From: Phoronis australis
Taxonomy: Eukaryota; Animalia; Phoronida
Length of the DNA stretch: 64,000 nt
Direction of reading: 5' to 3'
Assembly (NCBI GenBank): GCA_002633005.1
Contig: NMRA01000904.1
Span: 1-64,000, forward strand
Below the pieces are notes generated by a model. It made no database searches, was not told where the DNA came from, and saw nothing but the letters and a program-made list of their open reading frames with translations. A program made the position numbers and the translations under genes. Positions within the stretch are counted from its first letter, which is position 1; every line of letters begins with the position of its first letter. This document shows, piece by piece, positions 13,001 through 25,930 of this stretch.

Positions 13001-15091
13001 GGCACGCGCGTGGGAGAGTGCAATCGAGTTTACCCTATGCTGGAATGTCTAAGAAATAATGGGATGTTCTAAAATTATATTACGATTTTGTGGTAGTGAT
13101 GAATTGCTTTCTTCTTCTTACATGTGTAACACCCACTACACCAAACAATTATTCACATTGTTAGTATCCTGGTGCATTGAATAAGGAACACATGCGAAAT
13201 TGGGTGGAGGTGAAACCAGCAGTGAGCTGGGAGCAACATGTTTGTCAATGGTCAGGGGAGCAACCAAAATTTATGACAATGGGAATGGCTCAACACCCAT
13301 GTGGCATACCCCATTGGTTTTTACCTGTTTAGCACTCCTCCCATGTAACCCCCCTGGGAGATGGTCAACACCCATTTGGCGCCCACATGGTTTTTGCCTT
13401 GTACCCCCTTAGCTGTCACCTGTGGGAAATTACCCTCTGAACCCCCAGGAGCAATCATTCAAATTTTATTGTCCATGGAGGTATGAACTGTTATAAGGAA
13501 AGATAATTTGCCTTGTTAAGAACTCAAACATGAAACAAAACCGTGATAGATTTTGAAGGGAGCTTCAAAAGAATAAAAACAAATACACTTTAATATTGAT
13601 TAAAATACACATTTTCATTCTCATTCGATTATAAGTGGATGTTAGTTTACGTATTCTAACCATTTTCAATCACACAGTAATTTTATTGCACGTTGAACGT
13701 CATTAAAGTATGAATTCATCAGTGTTTACATTGTTCGGACTGCGCTCCTAAGTAAGTATTGATTATTCACCGCTTGGAGCGCTAGTGTTTCGACCGGTAA
13801 CCATTGCGGCGAATGGTAAAATGGCGGAGTGAACTCTTCTATACTCGTACACTCCTTGCTTACAAGCTCATTGACACAGCAGTTGACGAAGTGCAAGCGT
13901 TGGGAACAAACATCGAAGATATGTGGGTAGAATGGTTCGAAGACGAGCAAATCATTGGATCCGATATACAAATTCCTCGGCAATCTAGACAACAGAAGGA
14001 TAGGACTAACGTATGAGTAACCACTAGGGTTTAAAATTTTAGAGAGAAGTTTTCAATTCAAATTTTTTTGCATAGTACACTTTAGGTGTCGCGACGGACC
14101 AGGCCAGCTTGATTTGTGTAGATGTTGAGGTTCAGTGTACTTCTGGTCCCTCGGCGAACTAGTCTTGTGATTTTTTTTACCAAAGTGTGCTTTGTAAAAC
14201 TATTTATCTCAGCCAGTACTGTTTGGTCCCGCGACAGATCGACTATTTGTATAGAGATAATAAGCACATTTGTACTCTTGGTCTCGTGACGGACCAGGTC
14301 AGCTTTTTGTGTACTCTCAGTGTACATCTGGTCCCTCTGCAAACTAGTCCAGTGTATCTTTTCACCACTGTTCACAGGATGTTTTGGTTTCGTGAAACTG
14401 TTTTAAGATGATTTGTTTCCTGATAGATTTGACGTTTTTCAATTGTTGTCAACGTGATTCAGTTTATTAAGTGATACCTAACTATTTATGGTCTCTTTTG
14501 ATAATAGACTATGAGTTGAGAGCACCATCATTCGCCAGTTTTTCTCGTAACGTGACAGAACACATGTTTATTTCCGGACTAACAGTACAGGTCTTCGTTC
14601 TTAAACAACTTGAGGCTGCTGTTACGCGATCATCTGATATTCAAGTTTTTATGCCCCGTCGGTGCTCCTTAATTATGCTCTTGAATATTTGGAAATTGGG
14701 TTAACCCCTGTATACACACCACACTTTTTCGTATACGACTTTTCGTATGCTAAAAAAGGTGTGTGTAAGCAGATGTTCCAACAAAAATTTTTGCTGGTGG
14801 CGTGACTCATACCCAGATGTGCACAATATGGTTTCACGAAACTGCCAAGTTCATGTGACGAAATCGAGAAGGGTTTTTAATTATGTTAAGAAAAACTCCA
14901 GAGACATGTTAAGTGCCAGAAACTTGCCAGGATGCATGGAAATTTCACTATTTGGCTACAAAAACAAAAAATATCTTACACGGGAGGGGAAACCCCCCTC
15001 CCCACCTCCCCCCGCTCGGCGCCACGCGCCTAGGATTCGACCTTGGCGGAAATCCTAACCCCCCCTTGCTGAAAACGTAGATCCGCCACTG
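10069..15091 (+). mobile_element. Degenerate hAT element with THAP and PRKRIR/ZMYM1-like transposase remnants
   Basis: THAP exon 11260-11357 (MGTDAFCSAINCMN*..FCRFPKDPER|gt) and ~11941-12120 (LCSHHFEES..AVFDVP). hAT C-terminal-like AYKLIDTAVDEVQAL..DMWVEWFED..IQIPRQSRQ..RTNV at ~13850-14013. Right end AGATCCGCCACTG at 15091; absent from copy 2 of the block. Left end presumed in the gap. Confidence 0.6.
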
Positions 15092-15407
15092 CGTGAAACT
15101 TTCATCGTGTCTCCATTGCTCAGTCATCCGATGACCCAATTCGCTCGTAAACACATCAACAGGAAGGTCAAAGTCTGCTCATTACGTATGTAGTAAGCAC
15201 TTTGAGTTTTTCGTCCAATCATTAGTCGTAATTTCACCCTATGCATTCGGGGTAAATTCAACAGAATTGCCACTCACCAGTCTTTTAGTTATCAACGACC
15301 TTTTAACCTAATACATCGCTGATCTCATTTGCTAGAACCAGTCAAGTGGGCGTGAAATTACGAGGTCACGGCATGTTGACAAGACAGTAAGATGGCTGAT
15401 CGTCATG

Positions 15408-16063
15408 TAGCCAGCCAGCTGGCTGTATGAAGACTGTCGTCAAAATACAGCTAGGTCCCACTGCGTGTATTTCTTCCGTAGACCCCGAAATTGCACACAG
15501 CCAGGGTAGTTCTGCTCGTCACCGCGCCGTGAAACTTGTATCAAAATGTAAAGCTAAAGACCGGACGGGGTGCATGCAAAATCTGGGAATCAACCGATAC
15601 TCACCTTGCCCGTTACAGCCGTTTAAGTGAAAAACAATGCAATAAACGTCATTTTCTTGCGTAACTATCCGCCTTTTCTAACAATGAAAAGTATGTCGTC
15701 GTTTCGAAAACAATACGCTCGTGTCACGCGCACGCGCCATTTCCTAAATTTTCGCGACAACTTCGGAGAAGCAAAATTTGTTCTGAAATTCGGTTTTTCG
15801 GTATCGGAATTCTAAAAAATTATAATGAAGTGAAACCAGTTCCAATAATTTGTTGTGACCTGTACGCAAGCTCGTGAAAGAACAGCAGTTGATTGAAGAA
15901 TCGGCAAAAAGAAACTGGCCAATAGGTGACGCAATATTTCATGACACCGAAAGCCGTCGCTAAAGATCGCTCCTCAACTTTAGCAGCAGAATAACGGTAG
16001 AACGCCATTTTTCCAACACTGTTAAATAATTTTGTTTACTCAAGGAAGACTGTACCAAGGCTA
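15408..16063 (-). mobile_element. Non-autonomous TAGC...GCTA DNA transposon with 9-bp TSD (AcademH-like)
   Basis: TSD ATCGTCATG at 15399-15407 and 16064-16072; empty site in copy 2 (~43318); inverted homolog of 31341-32008. Confidence 0.8.
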
Positions 16064-19053
16064 ATCGTCATGTAGCTGATATCTGATTAGCTCTTGCTGC
16101 TCACTGCCGTATCAAGATCAGCAAGAATTAACTGAACTCATCGAAGAGCATATTTGTGGATGGAGATAAGGACGAGTTTCGTGACAGCGACGAATCGTCT
16201 GGCGATAGCAACTCGTCGCAAGATGAGTTTCATGGTCGACTCATCGTGAAGACGGTTACGTTGGATTGGAACAAGCAGAACTTGAAGAAAACAGTCTGGA
16301 TTAGCTTAATAGCAGAACAATGTCTTCTTCGTGCGAAGCCAGTGGATTGGGAGGCAAGCAGATGAAAGTTACTGCAAGAGAGAACAGTCTTCGACAGGGG
16401 TGGTTCACTCAGTGTGCCGTCTAGGAAATCGTTGCTTTGCAGTTGTTAGTGAAGGACTTGGATAGGAATTAATGAAGGTCATATATTTTCAAAATTATTT
16501 ATACAAGACTAGCGTAAAACTTTGAATTATTGTGAACAAAAGTCAGCCAATAGTGTTTATTTTGTAATCTACAGGACTTTATTTTATTAAACTTTTCCAA
16601 AATACGCTTTAACTACTTTTTTACTAACGGCAACCCCTCCTGCCACAAGTGGACTGATCCTGTATAAATTAGTTGGGAAATTTATTGACCTAGTTGCAGC
16701 AACCCAACATGAATATCGCTCCTTTTTGGCCGAAATTACATAAAAAGGTCAATATTTTTTCTAATTTTTTATTACTGTTAATTGCTTATGTTGTGTATAC
16801 TAATTAGTCTAAAATGTAACACTCAATTACAGGTTGCTAGGGAAATTTTAAAGACACTATCAGCACTTTTTCTCGGCCATTTTCCTTCACTTTTCTAAGC
16901 TCTAAATTTGTGCTTTCCCCGACTAGAAATGGCAATAACTCGGCCATTTGTTAAGATAAGGACACGTTTCATACATCAAAATGATCCAAAAATACTGTTT
17001 TTTCAGAAAAATAACATTACAAAAATGACAAATCCCTACTTAAGACTCATTTCGTGGTGCTGGTTGACTTTTTGCAGTTTCTAATTGAATACACGTCGAT
17101 ACATACCCTTTTGTAAAGAAAAAAATACTTCACTAATGCAATTTAACTATTATGAATGCGCTCCTCGGTTTTACCAGGAAGAGATAACCAGGAAGGGACA
17201 ACTGTTTTAGCGCATTTTAACGTGATTTCAAAAGTAAATGTTCATGTTATCTGAAATCCAAGCATTAAGTTTGAAAGATTTTAAAACTCTTTAGCTATAA
17301 AATGACACCACTTTGGTCCTCAAAGACTACATATTACTGGCACTGGGATGCTTTGAACGTGACATGCTTTACCCTTCCAAAAAATGCCTCTTCCCAGGCA
17401 TGTACTCGGGCATGAGCCTCTTTTTGAACCAACAGATGTCACTAACATATGCAAATGAGGCTCGCATTGCCTACGTCATACGACGTCATACGGGGCGAGC
17501 TTCCAATTTGAAACGTTAGGTGCCTATAGTGTATGACTAGTTGAAACGCGGTAGTCTACCTGATCGGGTATATCCTAGTATGATTCCAAGAAAACTGGGA
17601 ACTCACCCAAGTCAATGTTCAAAGAACATTGAGTATGGTTTCACATGAAAATACATTTAACTGTATTTGGATACGCTTGCATGTGTGTATGCGTGGACTT
17701 TGTCATTTTGCTTAAATCCAGATTTAAAAGCAGAAATTCAGTAGCGTTAGCCCTACGCCACGGTGGCCGGTGTCGTTGAGGTCCCCGGGAAGTCTGATCC
17801 ATGCACGTGGAATTCGATGAACTAATGATGCTAGTCGCTAGGCAGCTCCGCTACGATTCATTTGGGACGTGCGGCTACTCCTATACCCGTGTTCTGGCTC
17901 CAAAGATCGTTTTTTGATCCCCAGTTTCGGGAAAAGTTCATTTTAATAGGGCCATTCCCAAAGATTTTTTGTAAGGTATGGTCCCCGAAGTCATTGGCTT
18001 AAGAGCTCATCAAATTCGTTGTTGAAACACGGCCACTTGTCCATCTTCTGCCGGGCGGCTGGGGAAAATGAACCTGTGTCCCAAAAATGTCGGTACACAC
18101 TTCAACGCCTGCACTTCAACTTCATTTCTCGTCAATCACTGGCCGCGGATTGTACGCCGGTCTAAGGCAGGACTACACCTTATTTTTAACGTGGGTACGT
18201 CACTGAGTCATGACTTGCCCAGCCTGTGCAGTATGCACGGGAATGGCAAGCAAACGAAAATTCATTGCACAATACTACTGTGACAAGGAAGTGCAAAGAC
18301 AATCTTTACAAATTGATGAACAATGACTTGAACTTCTTTTTCGATCTACGGTTTACAATTTTTTAAATTTCACTAGTCTAATTTTTAATTCAATAAAGCA
18401 TTTAGAGCTGCTCGACATTCATGAACTTATCACTGTTATCGTTAGTGTACTTCATTGCCATGTGGTGGTATGATGATAGGTAGAATTTTACCAAGTCAGC
18501 CTTCAACTAAGTTCGGTGACGCATTGTCATTTCTAACAATGTAGCTTCTGTGTTGTGCACTAATGTTTTGTGTTTTTGATGAATTTGGAATCTCAACTTC
18601 CCTCGTGAGTAGTTGGCAGAGACATGTCGGAGGTGTACATAAGGCGCAGCACTGAAAAGTGGGGGCTAAAATCCCCTCAGCCCTCCCCCCCCCCCTTAGT
18701 GCACCGCCTATAGACCATATGCAGCGTAGCACTGAAAAAAGTGGGGCTATATAAAAATCATTAAGCTTGGGAAAGAGTGACAGTTGATTCTTTTACACGT
18801 CGTGTAACCCAGCAAGAAATGACATTCCTCAATATGAAAGCCGGTTGTGCGATTTCACAAAAAACAGGAAAATAGAGGTAATCACTGAATTCCAACATTG
18901 GGCCCTCTCTGCGTGAGCGGCCCCTTTAATAATTTGTCATTAAAAACACAAAAAGGTGGTCACTTAAATGTCACCAATGGTCCCACTCAAGGACTGCTTT
19001 TAAGCAGTGACTTTTAAAGTCACTGAACGGGAAAACGCTGTCCTGCAGTGAAA

Positions 19054-19869
19054 ATGGAAGGCAGCAGCAGGCCAGTGGGCGTTTGTGATAAATCGGATTT
19101 CTAGTCTCTTATTATGAAAACTATTGAAGGCAATTATCAGCACCTGCAAACAAGAATTTTGAAGTATGAAGAATTTCAACAGGAGTTAGCTGTAGTCTTA
19201 GCCGTGAAGCTGCCGACATTCCAGCCACGGCTACTGGTCCTTTGAAGCAAGCGCATGTACACGAATTTTGAAGAATGGCAAAGAAACGTTTTGTGTTGAC
19301 GGAACTGTCCTTGGGGAGGAAATGAGGCATTTACTAATGAAAAACTATTGTGGATTAATTTGGGAGAACACCTAGCAAAACTAACTTCTAAGTATGCAAT
19401 ACTGTGGCGGAATTAAGAAATATGATTATGACAGTGCCAACTGTAGCTGTGTGCAATTTTTGCCGAAATATCTAACGTTAGACTTACAGCAGGCCCGGGA
19501 TATGCTTGAGAGCCACAAAGTGTGCTAAAGTGGTAGAAAATTAGGCGTAACATTTCTATAGCAGACAATAGGTTGATTACCGCAGAAGGCCGATGTCTTA
19601 AATGCCCAGAAAAAATAGGAAGGCAAGGTGACTTGCCAAGAAAACGGCAGTCGGGGCACTCCAAGGGAAAGTACTTCAACCAATTCCAATTATCCGGTGC
19701 AACTTTTCTCACTCGACGGTGTTGTTTCACGACACCGCAACCTCCCAAAGAGATATTACAGAGTATAACTAGCAATGATTTGACAGATGAGCTTGAGAAA
19801 ACCCAGTCGGAGCTATCGTTTATAAAAGACGTTAAATTTTCCGTTGAGAATCTGGATATCGAGGAGTAG
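19054..19869 (+). pseudogene. Disrupted intronless ORF of unknown function inside the P element
   Basis: MEGSSRPVGVCDKSDF*SLIMKTIEGNYQHLQTRILKYEEFQQELAVVL... to ...DELEKTQSELSFIKDVKFSVENLDIEE*; protein-like but with stops and frameshifts. Confidence 0.4.
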
Positions 19870-21229
19870 GCCTACACGGAGAGAAAGGAAGCTTTAAAGA
19901 TTGCTTTCTTTGAAGACCAGGAGTGAAACCGTGAGTAATAAATTAATGAAAAATGCATGGTATAGACACAGTTAGAAGCTTTCAAACTATTGCGTTTGCG
20001 TGCTGTCCATATTAATATTTATTCTTGGATACAGGTTTCCACCTCAAAATGAATTTCCCACGGTCGTTCTTTATGCCGATAGCAATTTTTTCGTCAACTG
20101 AATTAGAACAGGAATCATAGACTTCTCGCGTACTCAGTCTATGGTTCTGACACTTCAAATTTGTCAACACGATAGCTAGCCTCAGAAAGTTCGATGTTGA
20201 CCTAGTTCTAAACTTCTCTGCAACCCACTGTCAGGGGATGAAAACAATTCAAAGTCCGCCCCTCGAAATAGGGCTTGCTCAGCTGGAATTTAGAACTGCG
20301 GTCATGGGAGTGTTTTCACCTTCTGATTGCGAAGCGATGATTGTTCGCAGTGGTATCTTTTAAAGTCCTTCTCTCACGCGTTGTTAACCCTTATTACATG
20401 GTTAGAAGATGTTACAAGGATCCAAGAAGTACCTACCCCATATCTAATACACGACCCGTACTCGAAAACAGTTTAAATGAACGCGCCACTCACGATTCGC
20501 ACCCGAAGAAACACCGCCATTTTGAACTTGCCGCGAACCCGGAAGTACAATTCATTCAGGAACCCAGGCAGAGAAAACGCCCTCAGTGCGACTGGAGCAG
20601 TGCCTGTACTGTTGCCAGCCAGAAAACGTGGATAAAAAAAAATCTACAGCGCGTCTTAAATTTGATAAAATCAAACTACGGACAATTTTATGGAATTTGC
20701 TGAAGAAAGATGGCGAACAAATTTTGACAGAAATTATTTTGCCAGACTCGGGACCGCAGCCTATCGGACCCGGTGCGGATCGAGACCAGACACTGGCGAA
20801 CGGTAAATGCATGCGGTTGCAAGCTGTTTTGTCGAAGTAAAATGGTCAAATGACAAATGCTGCATATATTCAAGGGTAGTTTCAGACACTTGCATGAAAT
20901 TACGGACTGGTTAGTCCTGTGTAACACTGCCGCGGCAGACCTTAGTTAGCGTCAGTCACCAGCTACCAGTGAAGTCAAAATACAGCTTGTTAGTAGGCCT
21001 ATACAGCTTTTCGCCAAGACTACCATTAGGCCTAACTGGTCGTTGGCCACAAACACGAAAAACACGAAAATTGAACAAAGTTTCTTTTTTGTAGCAACGT
21101 TTGTCAAAATGTATCAACGTTAAATCTTCACAAATTACAAAGTAGCCGATTGAACATGCCTTTCAGTTCAGCGAAAGTCGACATTGTAGGTGCCGCCAGA
21201 AATGAGACAAGTCCTTCAAAACTTAACAT

Positions 21230-22209
21230 TATAAGTAATGGGTGGCTTATTGAAAAGGATTCATGGAGGCACACTAGTGCTCATTTCTTCTGACGAATAT
21301 CCTGGTCACAAAATTTTCTTAAACCTCTTAAATATGTAATTGCATGCTTCTAATTGTGCTAATGTATTACAAGAACTAAACAACAATGCCTATTGAATAT
21401 CAACAAAATGCAGCTGTATTCACTGACACCTTGTAAATGTGAAAACAAAAAATTATGCAAATAGGTGACCTTTTGCACTAATGACATACCTCGAGGGCTC
21501 AAATAGCACGTCACGATACTTACTGAATATGGAGGATCATTTTCGCAACAAAACTTGTTCTTATAAACAAAAGACAATTTTCAACCAACTTCATATGCAC
21601 GTTTCTCAGTAATTTGGCCTAGCAATCACAGAGATAAGGAATTACTCACAAATTCAGATATACATGACCTCAGAAAACAAAAACCAATGAAAATTGCTAA
21701 TGTACAAGCTACTGTTTTACCTGAAATTGCGTACAGGCAACCTTGCCTTTATTGAATTCCAGGTGATAGCTACAATTACTGCTACATATGTAAAGCATCG
21801 GGAAGTTATGCACACTTCAGCCTATGTTAAGTCCAATTTAAGGACGCTGCTAGAAGTTGCATAATGCAACAGCAAATTTAAGTGTGTTTTCATTGTTTCC
21901 TTTCAGACCTCCAATCTTCTACAAATTTGTGTATTCTCCTTCAAAGCCTTGTGCCAGGATTTTCACACCAGACATCCATGGTACTACATTTCTCCACTGC
22001 AGGTGAAGGGTAGTGCTGTTGAAACTTTTTATAGCCGATACAAGTACATATCAAGTAGAAAGCTGACATCAGTAAATTTTCCACATGCCGTACTGACAAA
22101 GAAACTGCAGAGAGAGGTCAGAGGTATTGTTGTAACCCATGAGATTCCAATCAAGAAAAAGCAAAAAAGGACTGAGGGACACAACAATGCACTAATTCAC
22201 ATGACATAG
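21230..22209 (+). pseudogene. Degenerate P-like transposase C-terminal exons
   Basis: After an AG at ~21906: TSNLLQICVFSFKALCQDFHTRHPWYYISPLQVKGSAVETFYSRYKY, resembling the RL-x-x-D/S-x-x-E-x-F-F catalytic-Glu region of P-type transposases; upstream pieces much weaker. Confidence 0.55.
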
Positions 22210-24127
22210 TCACAGTAGTAACATGCCTACCAGTGCTCTGAATATGATAAGACTGCTACAAGTATTTTACTAGTGCCATTTTTGGTTCGAATAGCACCTC
22301 TCTGTGTGAAAATATACGGTGTACTTTTCATTATGTTGACTGATTTTGTTGGTTAACATTAGCTAATTTAATGTGATATCATAATGGTTGTGACGTTCAT
22401 AGATCTGGGAAATGCAACAACGATAACTCTTAAAGTGCATGTGTTTTCTATTGTGCTGTACAACACTACAAGGACAGTTGCTACACAAATTTAGAAACAG
22501 ACCACAGAAAGTTATTTGGACACTTTGAGCAAATGATATGATACACATCAATTTAATTCACGGTTTATAAACTGCTACCTGACGATAAAGTTTATCACGC
22601 AAACCCAAGTCGCCTTTTGCTCGCATACTTCTGCCTTCAAAGCTTCTTCCTGCCTCTCCTCTGAGGAAACCACCAATATGTGCATTGGTATATTTACGAC
22701 AAGAATTGTTCATACAAAGTCGCAATCACATGTACATCGAAAATGTCGGGCTTGACTTTGTAGTTGTCACACCCATTGTCACCAACTCTATATCATCTTT
22801 TACCTTGGATTGTCTAATCCGCAAAGCGAAACATGGCAAAATTTGAGGCACACGATTAGAATGTTTAGTGATGATGTATCGGCAACACGATTTGGACTCA
22901 CAAGCAGGACTAGTGAACATAATAGAAGTTAGGAAATCACAAGAACACCACTGAACTAGTACTGTACAACTAAAACTGAAAGTTCATCCATTGAGAACAT
23001 TGTACTTTTTCAATTAAAACCTTATTTAAGGTCCTTTCATCCTGAAGACATACTCATGTGCAAGCATGCTTCACTTAAAGTCAAGTCATGCACTTAAATG
23101 GGTGTTGTGTACATATCCTTTGTCTATTTTAGTACTTAAATATGCAATTCAAAGAAAAGTTGCACGTCAAGTTGCATTTTGGTACAAACAAGTCGAACTA
23201 CATACTTTAAAGATACATCGTCTCATTAAATTGTGAATATGCAAATGAAGTGCTAATTTACAAACTACCCTGGATCTTTCAATATCAATGTACCGGAAAC
23301 CATCCCAGAACGAGTTACAATTACAATATCACAAAAGTCTCGTTTTGCGAGACTATTTTTACGCAAATTTCATTGTTGCCCAAATGAAACAAGGAACAGT
23401 TTTTAATATTTGAATATTTCACTATCAAATAACAACTGCATTATATTTGAAATTATTGGGGTTTTTGTATGTTTACATTTGTTTTTAAGCTTTCAGTTGC
23501 AGTGTTTTCTTTAAAACAGCAAATTGTCTATTGTATGTCGCTATGTGGTCTCCTGTGCCATTTTATTTTAAATACATCTACATGTACTCAGCAGTCTGTA
23601 GCACACCCTTGACAAAGAGCGCATTGCTCGAAATATAGGATATTCAGATACATTTTAGTACTGACACTTGTCGTTTTAGTTTTACTATTTTAAATTATTT
23701 AACAATTGTTTCTTTTTCTGTGCACACATTTCTCCATGAAGTCATTAGGTGGCTGTTGCTAAAATTGAAATCTTCATGGTTTTAATGAGACGTGGCATCT
23801 TCAAAATAGTCTATGTTCAGTTAGTCCTGAAATCAAAAGAAACCTGTGATTCGCATACTGTTTTATTGGAAACTAATCATGGACATTGTTTTGCTTTCAA
23901 TCAGTGAGAAAGTCACCTGCTTTGCAATGAGGGTCATTAGAGTGAACTGAGCAAAGTTTGCAACAATTCAGTCTTGACAATAACATGAATTGATGAGAAT
24001 TAGACGCAGTCATGTGACCATTGATACAAAACAAAGGACATGAATACTTTTATAACTCCCAATCTCATCACTTTATTCCCAGGAAATCAAAATAAATCTT
24101 ACTTCTTTTTGACATCTGCAGAAATGG

Positions 24128-24757
24128 TCACAGCAGCCAGAATTTTTCTTCTCTGATTGTATGATGCATCATCCCTGTTCTTCTTGTATGTACGGAACAT
24201 CTCTCTAATACAACCACCAGCTGCCAGTACATGTAAACCCCAATCAGGTGAGCCTGGGGTGGGAGTCCAGAGGTACGACTTATTAAACTGGGGCCGGGAA
24301 AAAGATTCCGTCTACTTGCGACACTGGTGCTTTCAGTACTGGTAGAGGCTGCTGTACTAGCAGAGGACACGGTGGCGAATCCAGAGGACTCGCGGTGCAT
24401 ATAGAAAAAGTAGCATTGCACACTGCACTGCGTTGCAAGTCAGTGTCATGTTTAGTCCTCAAGTCCAATTGTGGTAGCACCATATGATATGGCCGAATAA
24501 ATTTTCTGTGAACTTTCACGTAGAGCATGACCGCACTTAGTGCGCGAAACACTACGTCGGCCTCGCTCTTCGCCAGCCGTTTCCTGGCGATTCGATCCGC
24601 AATATTCCGATTTAGTTCATGGAAGAAGCCGGAAAACTCGTCAAATATTACTTCACTAAACGGAGCCGAGACAAACGTGTCCCACAGAAGTTTATTTGCT
24701 GGATAAAATCCGTCACAATGAAACTCTTTTGTCAAAAACTCACGGAAGTACGCTCAT
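24128..24757 (-). pseudogene. Unknown cargo ORF in the P element (150-codon open frame 24735-24283, probable frameshifts at both ends)
   Basis: YFREFLTKEFHCDGFYPANKLLWDTFV...VFRALSAVMLYVKVHRKF; Ser/Thr-rich tail in an adjacent frame; octamer ATGCAAAT just upstream. Confidence 0.45.
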
Positions 24758-25139
24758 TTCGATGTAACAACTGACGAGAATCTCGGAAACTCTCATTTAC
24801 AGTATGCAAATTTGATATGCTAATGAGGGAGTACTTGACTACTGCGCCATCTATACATCGACGGAAAAGCTTAAAGGCGAAGGCAACCTTTTTCCATGTC
24901 ATTTTGAGCTAAAATAAGGTTGATTGATTATCCTAGACATATTTTCCACTTAATTACAGCTTTTCGTAATTTTATTAATTACCCGCCCGCTACTCCGGAA
25001 GTGACGTTTTAGGAGGCAAGCATTTCCCGCTTATTGGGTTTCATATAGTCTGACTGTGAGAGCTGCCGAGTCAGTCATTGTTCTACCTCGGTTGTGTTAA
25101 GTTCCGTCGTCGTTTGCTTTCATTTACTAGTCAGTCAAC

Positions 25140-25930
25140 ATGCCACACTGTTGCTGCGTACCAGGATGTACTAATTATCGGCTCACGCACGCTTTCGGAG
25201 TACCTTTGCATCGCTTTCCGATGGATGACACACTTCGCCGTACTTGGCTCGTTCGTGTGAAGAACGCAGCGTTACCCGTCCACGCAACGTACAAAGCAGT
25301 GGAGAATTAACCGTGTGTGTGGCAAGCACTTTCTGCCGTCCGATTACGAAAGGTATTTGCACGTTGAACTGGTGAAGGTCCCTGCGAAACAACGTCTGAA
25401 TAAGGATGCCATTCCTTCTGTGTTGATTCCCGGCAGTGCCCCGTCGCCACCCCCGAGAAGTGCGTTTTTGAAGCGAGAAGCCTCGCGAGCTGTGGCCAGT
25501 ACAGTGACTGGAGCCAGTGGAGGCACTTCCTCTACTGTCACCCGTGCCTCCGAACGTACCCCAGAGCGTGCAATTCCTGGAACCAGTAGTGATTCGCCCT
25601 GTGCTGTTTTCTCCAGCCCAGAGCCTCTGAGCAGCCCTGCAGCGATATTGAGTAGTGTTAGTGATTACAGGCTCAGTTCGACACCCAGTGAAGAGGACAG
25701 TTCTTCGTCCAGTGAACAGATCGGTGAGCCAAACTTTGATAAGTTTATTGTGGACTTGTCTAAAGTGTTGGAGCTATTTAGAAGGTGCCAGGTGTGTTGC
25801 GAGGGAGTCACACGACACGATTTAAGCAGTTTGGGTGCTCAGGTTACCATCCAGTGGGAGTGTGTCGCGAGACACTCTGGAAAGTGGGACAGTTGTTCCT
25901 CTGTCCGTGGTATGCCGGAGGTCCACTTAA
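25140..25930 (+). pseudogene. Kolobok transposase N-terminus (THAP + Cys/His domain), truncated
   Basis: MPHCCCVPGCTN..LHRFPMDDTLRRTW / frameshift ~25309 / VCGKHF..LNKDAIPSV, then KFIVDLSKVLELFRRCQVC..WECVARHSGKWDS. Confidence 0.85.

Larger units (their letters stand above)
6062..17075 (+). repeat. Composite duplicated block, copy 1 (interrupted by gap, hAT element and 9-bp-TSD element)
   Basis: 6062-9974 and 15092-17075 align colinearly with 36911-44330. Confidence 0.9.

Noticed and set aside
13100-14420. Short internal direct repeats (ACACCCAT.. units; GACGGACCAGG units)
   Set aside because: Two degenerate units each; typical TE subterminal repeats with no definable ends
15399-16076. 13-bp direct repeat suggesting retroposition or a repair patch
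   Set aside because: Resolves into a 9-bp TSD plus the TAGC terminus of a DNA element with a second copy at 31341
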